Positions 28,301 to 39,784 are shown, numbered from the stretch's first letter. The stretch is 64,000 nt of DNA from Paraphysomonas bandaiensis (GCA_965644295.1 CBFFRP010000145.1:62001-126000); one strand, 5' to 3'. Notes: a model not told the origin generated them from the letters alone. Translations and numbers: made by a program.

Positions 28301-28732
28301 CGTAAATACCAAATGCCCATTGATGTGGTGTCGTTTAACTTCATTCTACTTGATACACCTTATGAAGATATCAAAAAGAAACCAGAGGATGGAGTCTATA
28401 TTCGAGGACTTTATTTGGAAGGTGCTAGATGGGATAGCGAGGAGAAATCCGTGTCGACCTCATTCCCGAAGCAGTTGTATACCGAACTTCCAGTTATTCA
28501 CCTGAATCCAGAGAAAGATCGTCCGGATCCAGTAAAAGACACATACCTATGTCCTGTGTACAAAATTTTGTCAAGGCGTGGAACGCTATCCACCACCGGC
28601 CATTCGACGAATTTCATTATGTGGATTGAACTCCCGTCAAAGCATACAAACATCATTAATAATGTTGGTAAGGCTGACCAAGAGGAATGGATCCGTGGTG
28701 GTGTTGCTGCGTTCTCATCGTTGATGTATTAA
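16301..28732 (+). CDS. DNAH1: Axonemal inner-arm dynein heavy chain (DNAH1-like)
   Basis: 4078-aa ORF with P-loops GPAGTGKT, GPTGGGKS, GPTGTGKT and GVGGSGRQ, CFDEFNR, a stalk coiled coil and the C-terminal domain. N-terminal LPGHAPRRIEVERKKRLY is typical of DNAH1. Short first exon at 16301-~16460. Confidence 0.95.
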
Positions 28733-29206
28733 CGCAACGATAACTATGTTTGGAGTGAAATGAAGTCATAACTAATAAGGGCAATCATTATTTTAGTATA
28801 AGTCTTATTTACATGATAATTTATTCACACAATTCGATAAAGAAAAACACTTTCGAAAATTCATTTCTTTTCATATTGCAGTAATCAAGTACAACATTTT
28901 GATTGGCAAGCATAACATCATCATGATTGTCAATGTTATTTTCTCTTCATGATAACATAATGAGTACATTCGTCAAAGGTCTTTTGCCAAATTCGACTTG
29001 ATGATTTATTATTTACTTCTTTGTAGGCTTCGTCGTATTCGGATGTTCTTGATTCCTCATCCTTTTATTTCTCGTCTTCCACGAACGCTTCTGCTCTGAA
29101 TTATCAGCGTAGTAATTCGCTGCATCTGATATATATATTATATAACTTCCGATTATTTAGCAATAGACATGTAGGTATTAAAACCAAAAAGAAACCTTTC
29201 TACTTT

Positions 29207-29605
29207 CTAGTACGTAGCACTAGTATCCTACTATTTGACGCACGGAGGATGCTTGTGTGGCGGCGCAAGCACCAAGGTGTGACCACCTCCACTTTAAGCA
29301 AGTGAGCAAGCAGAATGTTGATGTACCTGCCATCTGCTGAGTTCAGGATTTGTAAGTTCTTAAGGTGAACAAGCCGAGTGCTCAACTCAGCAGGTAGCTA
29401 AAACCCCAGATGCCCTTGAGGTAGGCCCATTCCCGGATGCCTGTTTACTCGTCAAGACCCAAGGACGTCTACACAAGCATTTAGCTATGAGTGGGCAGAG
29501 CGCAGAGCAATATCTGCAGACTATATATTATGTGGCTCACATTAGTTTCCCGGTACATATCCCCCAGAACACCACGAAAAGGTGCGAGTCCGATCTTGTT
29601 GAGGG
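29207..29605. repeat. Dispersed repeat, copy C (module Y reversed + module X forward)
   Basis: 29414-29605 matches the reverse complement of 13425-13650. 29207-29276 is the reverse complement of the module at 13672-13746. Confidence 0.78.
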
Positions 29606-31296
29606 CTGAATCTGATAGCTTGTTCTCTTTTTAAACAATTGGCATGTCCTGTGCTCATCCTCTTCAACATCTGCCTTGAAATCTGCAACAACTCGCTGCT
29701 TCTGTTTCAAAGATGTGCATCTATTTGTGTCTTCAGCGTCCTTTGTAAACCAATTCAGATTTATAGGCTTACGGCTGCCTGTGACTAACACCTACATTGA
29801 CTGCTAGTATAACATTGTTCGCATACTTGTTAGTTTCTATACCCAGCTTAGCTATTACTTCGTTTCTAGAATATGTTTCGCAGGATAAGTCAATGATTTT
29901 ATATTCACTCCCTACTATGCACTTTGCAGTCCGCTTTTCAGTTCGTTTCCAGAATTTCGGAATAAGCGTCAGGTACAAGATGATCTAGGACCTCTAGCCT
30001 CCTCTCGGTTGATCGTATTACTTGAGATCGTATCTAGACTCTTCAGTCCGCCGTAAATTTCACCCTCAAGCAGACTTTTCTACAGACTATACTCATCTGA
30101 CTTTTACTATTTGCCACCGAGTTTTGTAGAAATTTTACAGAAATAATTGAATACAGCCTGCTCAGCTACGTTCACACATCAGTTTGTTAGCGTGAAATAT
30201 ATAAACAATTTGTACTCATCAAATGGATGAACTTTCTATATACATATATACAACTCCTCTCTTTGTATAATGTTTTTTAGTATATCTTAGAATGGTGATA
30301 TATCATATAGGGATTCAACTGATTGAAGAAGTGCTACTTTGAAGATATTAAGAAGGATTTATTCTTACTATGTCGTTAAAACTCTTTCTCAGGCTTACTG
30401 TACCGCGCGCCGTCAACACTATCGGGTACACTTAGAAAAGCTAACGCAGCTTTACCGAGAGCTTTGCAGATGCATCTGCTTCATCGTCCTACCAGGCTGC
30501 AATACAGTGTGGTCGCCTAGTACAAGAGAAGTACCTATATACCGAGTGCTGAAGCCTTCATCCACTGACATTCTGACCTACACTCGACTCTTGTCACTGG
30601 AGTGCTCTGTTTAGGGATACACGGTTGAGCCTGCTGGGACAAGAAAAATCTTGTAGGGTCATGGAACGATTGCGATGCTATCACGCGGATTTCAAGATAT
30701 CCACATGATTTCAATTCTAATTAAGGTGATAATAAACAAGCGGGCCGCATAGCCACTCAATAAAAGCCTCTTGATTACTAGCGTTCAGTTTATCAGAAAC
30801 AATCTAACAGACTCTTTAAACTATAACCGTCATGAGCTCTCACACTAAGCGACGCTCGATTGTCTGCCTGCTCTTCATCCGACATGTCGATGACGCGACT
30901 ATGATTACTCATATATACGGGCACGACAGCCCTCAATCAAAGCATGTCATGCATCCAACTCATAGCATGGCATGGCATGCCGCATGGACCACATTCCTGT
31001 GGAGTCATCGACTTCCTCCCTCTGTCTCTGTGCTTGTATCATACACAGCAGTATATATATGTATTATATGCGGATACGCCTCGTACACCGGTCTACGGTA
31101 TGGAGATACGTAGTCCACAGTATTCTAGAACATACAGAGTGTGTATGTGTGTAGGAAGCTTCCTGGTGTATGTGTTGGGTAGATGGAGTGTATGCGTGTA
31201 GCTCAATCTGTCATTGATTGACGGCGTTATCGCATTGGACAGTTAAAAGTACCTGCCGCTGAGAGTCATCGTAACTGAAGACCCCATATCTCTATC

Positions 31297-32178
31297 ATGC
31301 TCTTGGTGCTATCCGTGTTGGCAGTGGCAGTGGCTGTGGCTGAGGCAAGCGCACCTCAATATGTCCAGCCTTCACACACGGCCTTTCACCACTTTACGGT
31401 TACATCCCAGTCTGGAGAAGATATATCCCTCTCTGCGTATCGAAATAAGCCGGTCCTGATAGAGAACATCGCCTCGTTATGAGGAACAACAGTCTCTGAT
31501 CTCGAGTCCATGAATGCTATTGCAAGGAAATATGGTGACCTCGTAGCTGTGCTTGGCTTCCCTTGCAATCAGTTCGGCCACCAAGCAAACGAAGGCAGCG
31601 GCGAGGAGTTTTTAAATACGCTCAAATATGTTCGTCCTGGAAGAGGTTTCGTTCCCCGTTTTCATGTGTTCCGCAAAGTTCATGTCAATGGTGCGCAAGC
31701 TCACCCTTTATTCAAATTTCTCCGAAAGGCGATTCCCATTCCAATGGATCCCACTAGGATAAGTAACAGTAAAGGTGTTGAGGACACAGACGTTCTTGTA
31801 CTACCCAGGGACGAGTTTGATCAGACGTCAATTGCGCTATGGTCGCCTGTGACGAGAAATGATATAGCGTGGTAAGATCTCTTGGTCGTGACAAATTTTG
31901 TGGGGACACATAGTTCAATTTATAACTGTAGTGTTAGCTCTGTTAAACGCCTAATCATATGCTAATGTATCTGTCTTGTATTCAGGAACTTCGAAAAATT
32001 CTTAGTCGACGGCGATGGCAATGTTGTCCGACGCTATAGCCGCTACTATCCTACAGCTCTAATAGCAGATGATATTGATCTCCTCCTACGATCACAACCT
32101 CAGAGTACAGACAAATCATATCGAGCTGTCACGAAGGAGCCCGTGGACAGCTCGTATTGTGCGCGCAGTGGGTCTTGA
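31297..32178 (+). CDS. GPX: Secreted selenocysteine-containing glutathione peroxidase (GPx1/2/3-like); may extend to 32184 via a second UGA
   Basis: Signal peptide, then ENIASL-TGA(31480-31482)-GTT, matching the NVASLUGTT active site. Also LGFPCNQFGHQ, LKYVRPG and W|NFEKFL across intron 31872-31985. Confidence 0.95.
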
Positions 32179-32267
32179 CAGTAGCCTGAGGTTAGTCTGC
32201 TTCTCGGTGTAGACGTGGATAACTGACAGTTTATCGGACCTCTATGTATATAAAAATAGGAATGCGT

Positions 32268-32328
32268 GTTACTTTGGAATGACGGTACATCTATGACATT
32301 GTCTTACGATAGCTTGATACAAAGTAAT
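32268..32328 (+). promoter_or_regulatory. Candidate eukaryotic SECIS element
   Basis: Helix I TTACTTTG (32269-76) pairs with CAAAGTAA (32320-27). Core is ATGAC (32279-83) opposite TGAT (32315-18), with an imperfect helix II and mini-stem GAC-ATT-GTC. Lies in the 3' UTR of the UGA-containing GPx. Confidence 0.7.
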
Positions 32329-32675
32329 TCAGCATTCTTTTATATTTTTTGATTCGACTAATAGGAATTGTTTGAAACGACCTGATATTAATGATAGTAT
32401 CATGCGTATTGTAGACAAGGGCGATGAAACATTGTCATGCTGACGATAATTTGTATAGGCTTACTATTGATATTATACCATAGCAGACCAGTAATACCAA
32501 TTCCAATTTTTCGAAATACTATATGTTGTGAGGTTCTTGTCCTTAAGGAGATATAAATAAAGAGAAGTAGTATACTCCTATATTTTGTGTTCTTGTACAT
32601 ACATTGTTAACACTGATATTAATGTAGCACACAAACATCATGCTTATTAAGACTGTAGCACCTAACACATGGACA

Positions 32676-32812
32676 CACTCTTTTGTGTATAAAAAACAGC
32701 CAGTACAAAATAATAACACATAGGTTTTGCACAGCACTCTTTTGTGTATATAAAACAGAAAACGGCCCGTACAAAATAATAACACATAGGTTTTGAACAA
32801 CTTGCACTCTTT
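32676..32812. repeat. Tandem duplication, about 2 units of ~60-70 bp
   Basis: cactcttttgtgtata...gtacaaaataataacacataggttttg occurs twice. Confidence 0.85.
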
Positions 32813-33909
32813 GGCTGCTCGAATAGAACAGATCACACCGACTCTACCGTGTTATTTCTCCCCCTCTCTCAACGAATAATATCAATATGATGGTCCTATA
32901 AACATCCTGAAACCCTATGCAACATCAATCAGAGGGGGCATTCCGCAATTACGAAAGTGAAGGGCAGGCCAACAAGGTGCTAGAGGAACACCAATATATT
33001 ACACCCCACATCATGAATGGAATTAGCTTGGATAACTGAATGTTCTTCAATCACAGATGTTTAGGTTCTATGTTACACCGATGCTGTCCTTGCCACTCCG
33101 AAGATAGTGAGATTGAATACCCATAATATTTTATACTTAAAAATACAACGGGAGGATTTAACTTTACAACTCAGTAATTAGTAATATGATACACGAACGG
33201 CAAACACAATAGTACAGCGCACAAAATACAGAAACCGTGTAACCGTACTCTACTGTGTACTGCAGTATGATCGTAACTTCTCACTTCATTATATTTTCAA
33301 ATGGCACCTTAGAAAATATTGATATGTTGTTCCAAATTTCAATGCCCTACTTTTCTTTTAGAAATATTCAGTACTAAATGACAATCACGCAAGTAGTATA
33401 TTGAGAACATAATTTATTGAGTATTAGCACCTAGTGAGAGGTGTTAGCACCCCATCAAAAGTATGCCCCGTGGAAACTCTTGTGATATCAGTGATAACAA
33501 TTTTACCAATGTATATTATTGGAACAATGTGGAACTGACTCGCTTATTCTGGGACATCGATTGCAGTATAGTAGAAGAATATTTTACCAGTATTTCAAAG
33601 GAAGCGTCGAGCACATATGTCACATAAGTACAAATAAAGAATATAATAGAATATTTTTCACGAAAAAGTCGTGCAAACACTCGATACAGTCTGACCTATG
33701 TGACAAGCAATTTATTAAAGGGAATACATGATACATCCGATACCGTGACATTGACAACTTAATCTCACTGTGTCGGTTTTAAACTATAATACACATATTA
33801 CAAAATATCTAGTATTACCATACACGTCAGTAAATCGAGCAGTTTACGGATATAATTTTAATCAGAGCAACGTTAGGCCATGTACAAAGCAAACGACACT
33901 GGACATTAA

Positions 33910-35021
33910 CTATGTACTCTGCGCCGGAAACAGCCAATCATCCGGAAACCTAATATGACATATCATTCAATGGAATAACGAATGATCGGACACATGGAGC
34001 ATTACACACAGACATATTCTACGAAGTAACAAAAAGACGGACCTATCTGCCACTACAATAACACCGCTTCTCTGTGATATACTTTCAACGAACCCGTGCC
34101 AGTATATCACAAGGCCTTTCCCATACCTAGTCATATGAAATCAGCAAAACTCAAAAATTATTTTCGAAATTCGTAATGTGTCATGTACACTTCAACATTT
34201 TCATGGTTAATTGAGACAACCTATTAGCGTAGCCATGGAGCTGTTCAAGGTGTTCTGAGTATGTATCTGGGTCTCCAAACATCGCTGCGAACACATTTCA
34301 TAAAAATAAACTTCAATTTCTATTGAAACTTTGGATCACCTTTGCTATCAATCCAGTGTACTATCTGCCATTCCCCACGAACCTCACCTTTCACTGGTAC
34401 TCGGACTCCCATTGGGAAGAGAAAAAGTACGTCTGGGGTTTTCGGCTTACCCTGCAACCTGAGATCCGATTCGGTTTCAAAACACATCTGGCGAGAACGC
34501 ATACTGTCATAAAGTAGTTCCTCAAACTCTCGACCAATGCAGTGTTTAACAGCGTCGCAAGAGTGAGAGGAATAAGGATCTTCCAGGCAACACCGCATCA
34601 TCTCTCCCAGCATACGAGGATCAGAAATAGCTTCCCCCCCGCCGGGACAAAAAAGCTTGGAAAGTTGAAAATTCGAAGGCAGAAAATACTTTGCGAATAT
34701 TTTTGCGAGTTTATATGGCGAAAATTTCTTCTCTTTAGCAATCGCAATGAGCGACTCTCCGCTCTCGTACCTCTAGTAGCAGAGTCAAGTTACGCACACA
34801 GGCATGAACTTACAAACCTGGTATATACTCTCTATCTGGGACTCAATGACATGCGACATCTTCTTCACCTTCCGAACATTGAGCTGGCTGCATACACTGG
34901 CCACTGTATCTAGATCAATGCCCAGAGCCATGCACTCACACAGGGAGGGGGTTGCACCAGTGTCTATAAGACCTCTGCAATAGCCCAGTACAGCTCTGTA
35001 CTCCTCCTCAGACAGTATCAT
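33910..35021 (-). CDS. CDIN1: CDIN1/C15orf41-like (TPD domain) PD-(D/E)XK nuclease; multi-exon
   Basis: IGREFEELL...ETESDLRLQGKPKTPDVL...HWIDSK motif. Downstream exon fragments include GKGLVIYWHGF and FPDDWLFP*. Confidence 0.8.
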
Positions 35022-35084
35022 TCAGCTACAGTTATTCTAAATCGCCGGCATCTACGATATGCAACATCAGATTGAGCACAAATG

Positions 35085-35700
35085 TACCTACCTACTTACA
35101 TACATACATACATACAGACATACATACCTACCTACCTACCTACTTCTACCTACCTACCTACCTACCTACCACCTACCTACCTACCTACCTACATACATAC
35201 ATACATACATACATACATACATGCATACATACATACATACATACATACATACATACATACATACCTACCTACCTACCTACCTACCTACCTACATACATAC
35301 ATACATACATGCATACATACATACATACATACATACATACATACATACATACATACATACATACATACATACATACATACATACATACATACATACATAC
35401 ATACATACATACATACATACATACATACATACATACATACATACATACATACATACATACATACATACATACATACATACATACATACATACATACATAC
35501 ATACATACATACATACATACATACATACATACATACATACATACATACATACACTGTACATACATACATACACTGTACATACATACATACATACATACAT
35601 ACATACATACATACATACATACATACATACATACATACATACATACATACATACATACATACATACATACATACATACATGCATATTTACATTCATACAT
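35085..35700. repeat. (TACA)n/(TACC)n compound microsatellite
   Basis: About 600 bp of TACA with TACC tracts, just upstream of the minus-strand CDIN1 start. Confidence 0.98.
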
Positions 35701-35730
35701 CATTCGCATATATTATAGTGTCCATAGAGG

Positions 35731-35953
35731 AAACAAAACGGCCCAGTTTAGTTCAATTTGACATGACGCATTTCAGAGCAATATTCAATAATATTGAAAA
35801 TCTTGTTTGAAATTATGTATGACAATGAACGTCCAGATGAATACCTTAATGATTGGAAATGTGCGCAACTCGGAAGACTATGTTGCGTCTACGCATTGAA
35901 TATTGCTCTGAAATGTGTCATGTGTAATTGCACTAAACTGAGCCGTTTTGTTT
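35731..35953. mobile_element. Fold-back / MITE-like element with ~59-bp inverted arms
   Basis: 35731-35789 aaacaaaacggcccagtttag...cagagcaatattcaat is the near-perfect reverse complement of 35895-35953. No TSD identified. Confidence 0.7.
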
Positions 35954-36089
35954 TAGGTAAGCATTTCCTGGTGTATTAATTTAAATTCTGCAGTAAATTG
36001 ACTTAATTAGTTCATTTTCAAAGCCTTGCAGTGAGTAAGCGGTACTCTCCACGGGATATCATTATATGGTAGAGACTTATCAGCTATAT

Positions 36090-36423
36090 CAGGGCTAAGG
36101 AGCAATATATTGCAATACTATTGTTAGATGGCGCGCCCCACCAATAATATTGACGGAGTTCTTAAGCCGACCCAGCAATGCTATATATTGCAATATAGTA
36201 GTATCGTTACTCAGCAATTAAGTACTTGTGTAGATAACTCATTTAGTACTAGTCATTAAGATCGCATGATAACTAAATCCACTATACTTTCTTCTTATAA
36301 TTAGGGATATTTATGTACATGGGCGCATATTTTGCACCCTACAGCTCCAGAATGGCTATCATAATATTGGTTGCAATAATTGCAATATACTATTGCAATT
36401 CAATATATTGTTCCCTAGCCCTG
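36090..36423. mobile_element. hAT-type non-autonomous element (MITE), 334 bp
   Basis: TIRs CAGGGCTAAGGAGCAATATATTG / CAATATATTGTTCCCTAGCCCTG and a perfect 8-bp TSD AGCTATAT (36082-89, 36424-31). Confidence 0.88.
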
Positions 36424-37018
36424 AGCTATATCAAATTCTCCACGTAGCCTAGAGGTCTGCACTTTGACGGCTTATAAGGAATATTCCTGCAGTAGTCACA
36501 AGCGTCTCGTAGTCCACATTGGGCGACATAATGCCTCCTCCACATCCAAGTATCTGTCATTGCGCTTTAAGATCATTCGTACCAATACATTGAACCTTCA
36601 CACTCTGCCATCTGTAGGACGATAGAAACCCTCTCTATGTAATTTCTCTCCAAAATTAAATAGCGGCCCTAAGTACTTTTGCGCATTTTCTTTGCTATCC
36701 TTCATTACAGCATGCAGGAGTACAATATAGTTATTGAGACTCTCCTACTATAATAGTGTGGTTGCGAAATGTGGTGTTCGATTCGTTTTCGATTCGTTTG
36801 GGCTGGCCTATACACAAAAACGCGTTAACGTTTTTGCAGCCCAAACGATTAAAAAACGACTCCAAAACGAAGAAAATACATTTGCGTATTCCATGGGTCT
36901 TCGTTGTCATTGAATGTGAATTGCTTCCAGGAATTGTGTAACACATTTCCGCATACTCTGGTGTAACACTAGCAAAGAATGGCATGAAGAGGCCTAGAAT
37001 ATAATTCTTCGATAAAAG

Positions 37019-37788
37019 ATGCCACGTTCACACCCATACAAGTTTACACTCTTTAAGGATATGCTACAATTCAGCTTTATCCTCAAAGACCTGGATGCCA
37101 CAGAAACCTATGCTTGGGTTTCGCTTCCAGAGGGAAGAAGAAGTACAGAAAGAAGGAGTGCTTTAGAAAGTAGCATGAAGAGTTCGAAACACCCGAATCT
37201 CTATATGGATCAGGCCGAAGAGGTTAAAAAATTGACATCCACAGTCGCTTGTAAAGAAATTCAGCGACTATTAGCTTTAAGAAAGCTGGATATAGGTGCG
37301 AAAACTTTTTTCTGTTGGTTTGATGTGATGGTTTTTATTTAGAGCACAACTGGACGACGGAGGAGGCTCGGGCCAGGTATCATCCACAAGATGAATCACA
37401 CGTGGGTGATGACGTTGAGTTATACGCTTTCCGCGACACCTTGGACGCCATCCAAGTTAAAGTAGACTCACTTTTGGGCGATATACGCAGTGGTTCTGCC
37501 CGTACGATTTCAGAAAACACGGAAAGGAGCATAATTGCGGCGGCCATGACGAGTGGAAGATGTAGTATACACTCGTCAAGCTCAAGCTCAGAGAGAGGCA
37601 ATAACAACCAGCGTGAACAGATTTCTGGAAAGAAAAGGTCACGTGATGCCTCCGAGAGGACGGCTAGACAAAAACCAAACCAGTCGGATCATGAGATAGA
37701 AGAAATGATAACGGTTTTATTAAGGAGAGAGCTGACGAAAGAGCTTGAGCGTGAAACTCCTCCTGACACGTCTTCTGGCGACACCTGA
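37019..37788 (+). CDS. Transposon accessory protein (ORF2), 2 exons
   Basis: A 47-nt intron (37296-37342) joins ORFs 37019 and 37402 in frame (..LDIEHNWTTEEARARY..). Basic NLS-like GKKRSR. Lies inside the TIRs. Confidence 0.65.
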
Positions 37789-38176
37789 TCACCGGTATTG
37801 TTTTATATTAGCGTTTAATGCTTGGATCTTTTACTTTGTTTGGTGACATATATTTTACGAAGATTTAGTGTAATGTATGTCAATCGCTGCACAACGTCTA
37901 GATTATTTATATTTGCTACTACACACGTTTGTTTTTGGGTATCAATTTTCGATATAATTGGGGCGGTGATAACGACTTATTAGTAAACTGAACGTGTTTT
38001 CACTCAATGCTCAATTATTAAACTTAAAATAAATATTGCTTACCATTCATTGTCATTCGCCAAATTCATATTATTTCAACAATCATTTTTACACGATGAT
38101 ATATTTTTATATAGTCACGATCTTGGTCAATATATACATAACACCGAATGCTATCATGAAAGCAAAATTAATTCTA

Positions 38177-39427
38177 TCAGTTAATATGAGATGAAGAAAC
38201 GTCATACCTAGGCAAACCGAAATAACTGCCCAATGTGGGCGGAGAGCAATCATAATATCTGGAGCCCCAACCATAGAGTATGGTAAAAGCATTCGCTAAC
38301 AATGCAGCAAGAATGTACACCTTACCCACTTGGCACATTTGTATTTTTTGAATTCGATAATTTTTGACATAGTTAAATTCAGTACCAATCTTATTGAAGC
38401 ACCATTCAGCTGTTACCCTGTGAGGTGACATCGCAAAATTCTCATCAACTAATTCTTGAGGCAAATCCCGACCTCTGTACGCGATATTGGTGTGAGATCT
38501 TGCAACATAGCCTTTGTCAGCATATGCCTTGTACTGAACTGCATTCTCTACTTGACAAGCAGCCAACCGTTCATTGAGTGTGCTCTGGTCATGTACTAGC
38601 TGATCATGACGTGCACCTGCAATTGGCCCAAAGAAGTCTACTATCATACCGTCCGGTGCACTACACCCTTGAAATTGCAAACAGTGAACATGATGGTGTC
38701 CATTGTACACCCGGGCTTGATTAATGTTTGGACCACTAGGCCTACATACTTCAAGTGAAGTACCATCAACAAAGAGAGCTGTGTCCAATGCGGCTGCACA
38801 GAGAGGATAACCATCCCGAGCTAATTTATCCCGTATTTTAGCATTATATATCTTGAATCGTGGTTCAAAATAGGCAACATTATCAAACACAAGATAATGA
38901 TTTCGAGCAACTACTTCTCCGACCATTGTATTAAAGATACGACTAATTTCATCGTAACTTCTTCCAAAATCGCCTTCCATATCAGTTAAACGAGAATAGC
39001 TTGCCATTCTATGCAACATAATCAAGAAAGCCTCTTCTGGATGGCATGTCAAACCATTATTGCACACAATGACTACATTCCTATCAATACCCAGACAATC
39101 CATCAGTGGTATAGCATGATTCTGATGAAAACGAAATTTCAATCGGAAGTCAGATGCACTCCAAGTGTGGATTCTTCGATTGAGATGAATTAGCGGGTTA
39201 ACCAGTAAATGTGGCCCAAATGCGCATTCCTTATACCTTTCGTAGAAATGTGCTGAACAAATCAGCATAAATTGGCTCGGTAATCCATTGTTTCGCTGGC
39301 GGATAGAAACTAATAAACATGCTCCCGCCAAACGCAAATATCGCCTCCCTGAGACTCTCCTTTCGTCATTCAAACCCTCCTGTCTCTGCCGAACAGGCAA
39401 ATCGCGCAAAGCTAACCTTCGGTACAT
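38177..39427 (-). CDS. Harbinger-type DDE transposase (DDE_Tnp_4/HARBI1-like)
   Basis: 416-aa intact ORF with FVDGT, YNGHHHVH, GARHD, YADKGY and RVTAEWCF catalytic motifs, and an HTH region (DMEGDFGRSYDEISRIF). Confidence 0.93.
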   Translation of the reverse strand: MYRRLALRDLPVRQRQEGLNDERRVSGRRYLRLAGACLLVSIRQRNNGLPSQFMLICSAHFYERYKECAFGPHLLVNPLIHLNRRIHTWSASDFRLKFRFHQNHAIPLMDCLGIDRNVVIVCNNGLTCHPEEAFLIMLHRMASYSRLTDMEGDFGRSYDEISRIFNTMVGEVVARNHYLVFDNVAYFEPRFKIYNAKIRDKLARDGYPLCAAALDTALFVDGTSLEVCRPSGPNINQARVYNGHHHVHCLQFQGCSAPDGMIVDFFGPIAGARHDQLVHDQSTLNERLAACQVENAVQYKAYADKGYVARSHTNIAYRGRDLPQELVDENFAMSPHRVTAEWCFNKIGTEFNYVKNYRIQKIQMCQVGKVYILAALLANAFTILYGWGSRYYDCSPPTLGSYFGLPRYDVSSSHIN

Positions 39428-39784
39428 TGCAATGGTTCATAATAATCAAGCTTTGCAACCCTTAAACGAATTTTATTCGTTGAGGTTAAATGTCTAAACG
39501 AAGTTCGATTCGTTTGAAAAAATATACGGGAGAAAATGACATGATACGGGAAAACGAATCGAAAACGAATCAAAAACGAGTTTCGCAACCACACTAATAT
39601 GCATCCTACTAGACTTGATGTTATGATGTTGTTTGTGAAACTAATCGGTACTTGTTGTTGATGCATACTTCAATCAATTTTGAATGAATGTGGTGATAGT
39701 AACATACATCACCAATGATGGTTCAGAGAATGAGTTCGAGAATAGTTGTGACTACCTAAGCAGTAGGTAGCCTTTATGTAGCAG

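Larger units (their letters stand above)
36755..39595. mobile_element. Complete PIF/Harbinger (PHIS)-superfamily DNA transposon, 2841 bp
   Basis: Perfect 15-bp TIRs AGTGTGGTTGCGAAA (36755-69) / TTTCGCAACCACACT (39581-95), subterminal GATTCGTTT repeats, 3-bp TSD AAT on both sides, and two convergent genes. Confidence 0.92.

Noticed and set aside
18187-28505. Numerous short antisense and alternative-frame ORFs within the dynein gene (similar ones occur within COPG)
   Set aside because: Shadow ORFs of long coding sequences with no independent motifs.
31480-31482. GPx pseudogene or alternative genetic code
   Set aside because: The TGA lies exactly at the catalytic Sec position with a SECIS candidate downstream, and TGA acts as a normal stop in other genes (e.g. 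12632, 41619).
32676-32812. CRISPR-like array
   Set aside because: Only two tandem units without unique spacers, in a eukaryotic context with no cas genes.
35059-35810. ORFs of YIHT/YLPT/MYVC repeats
   Set aside because: Same microsatellite artefact.
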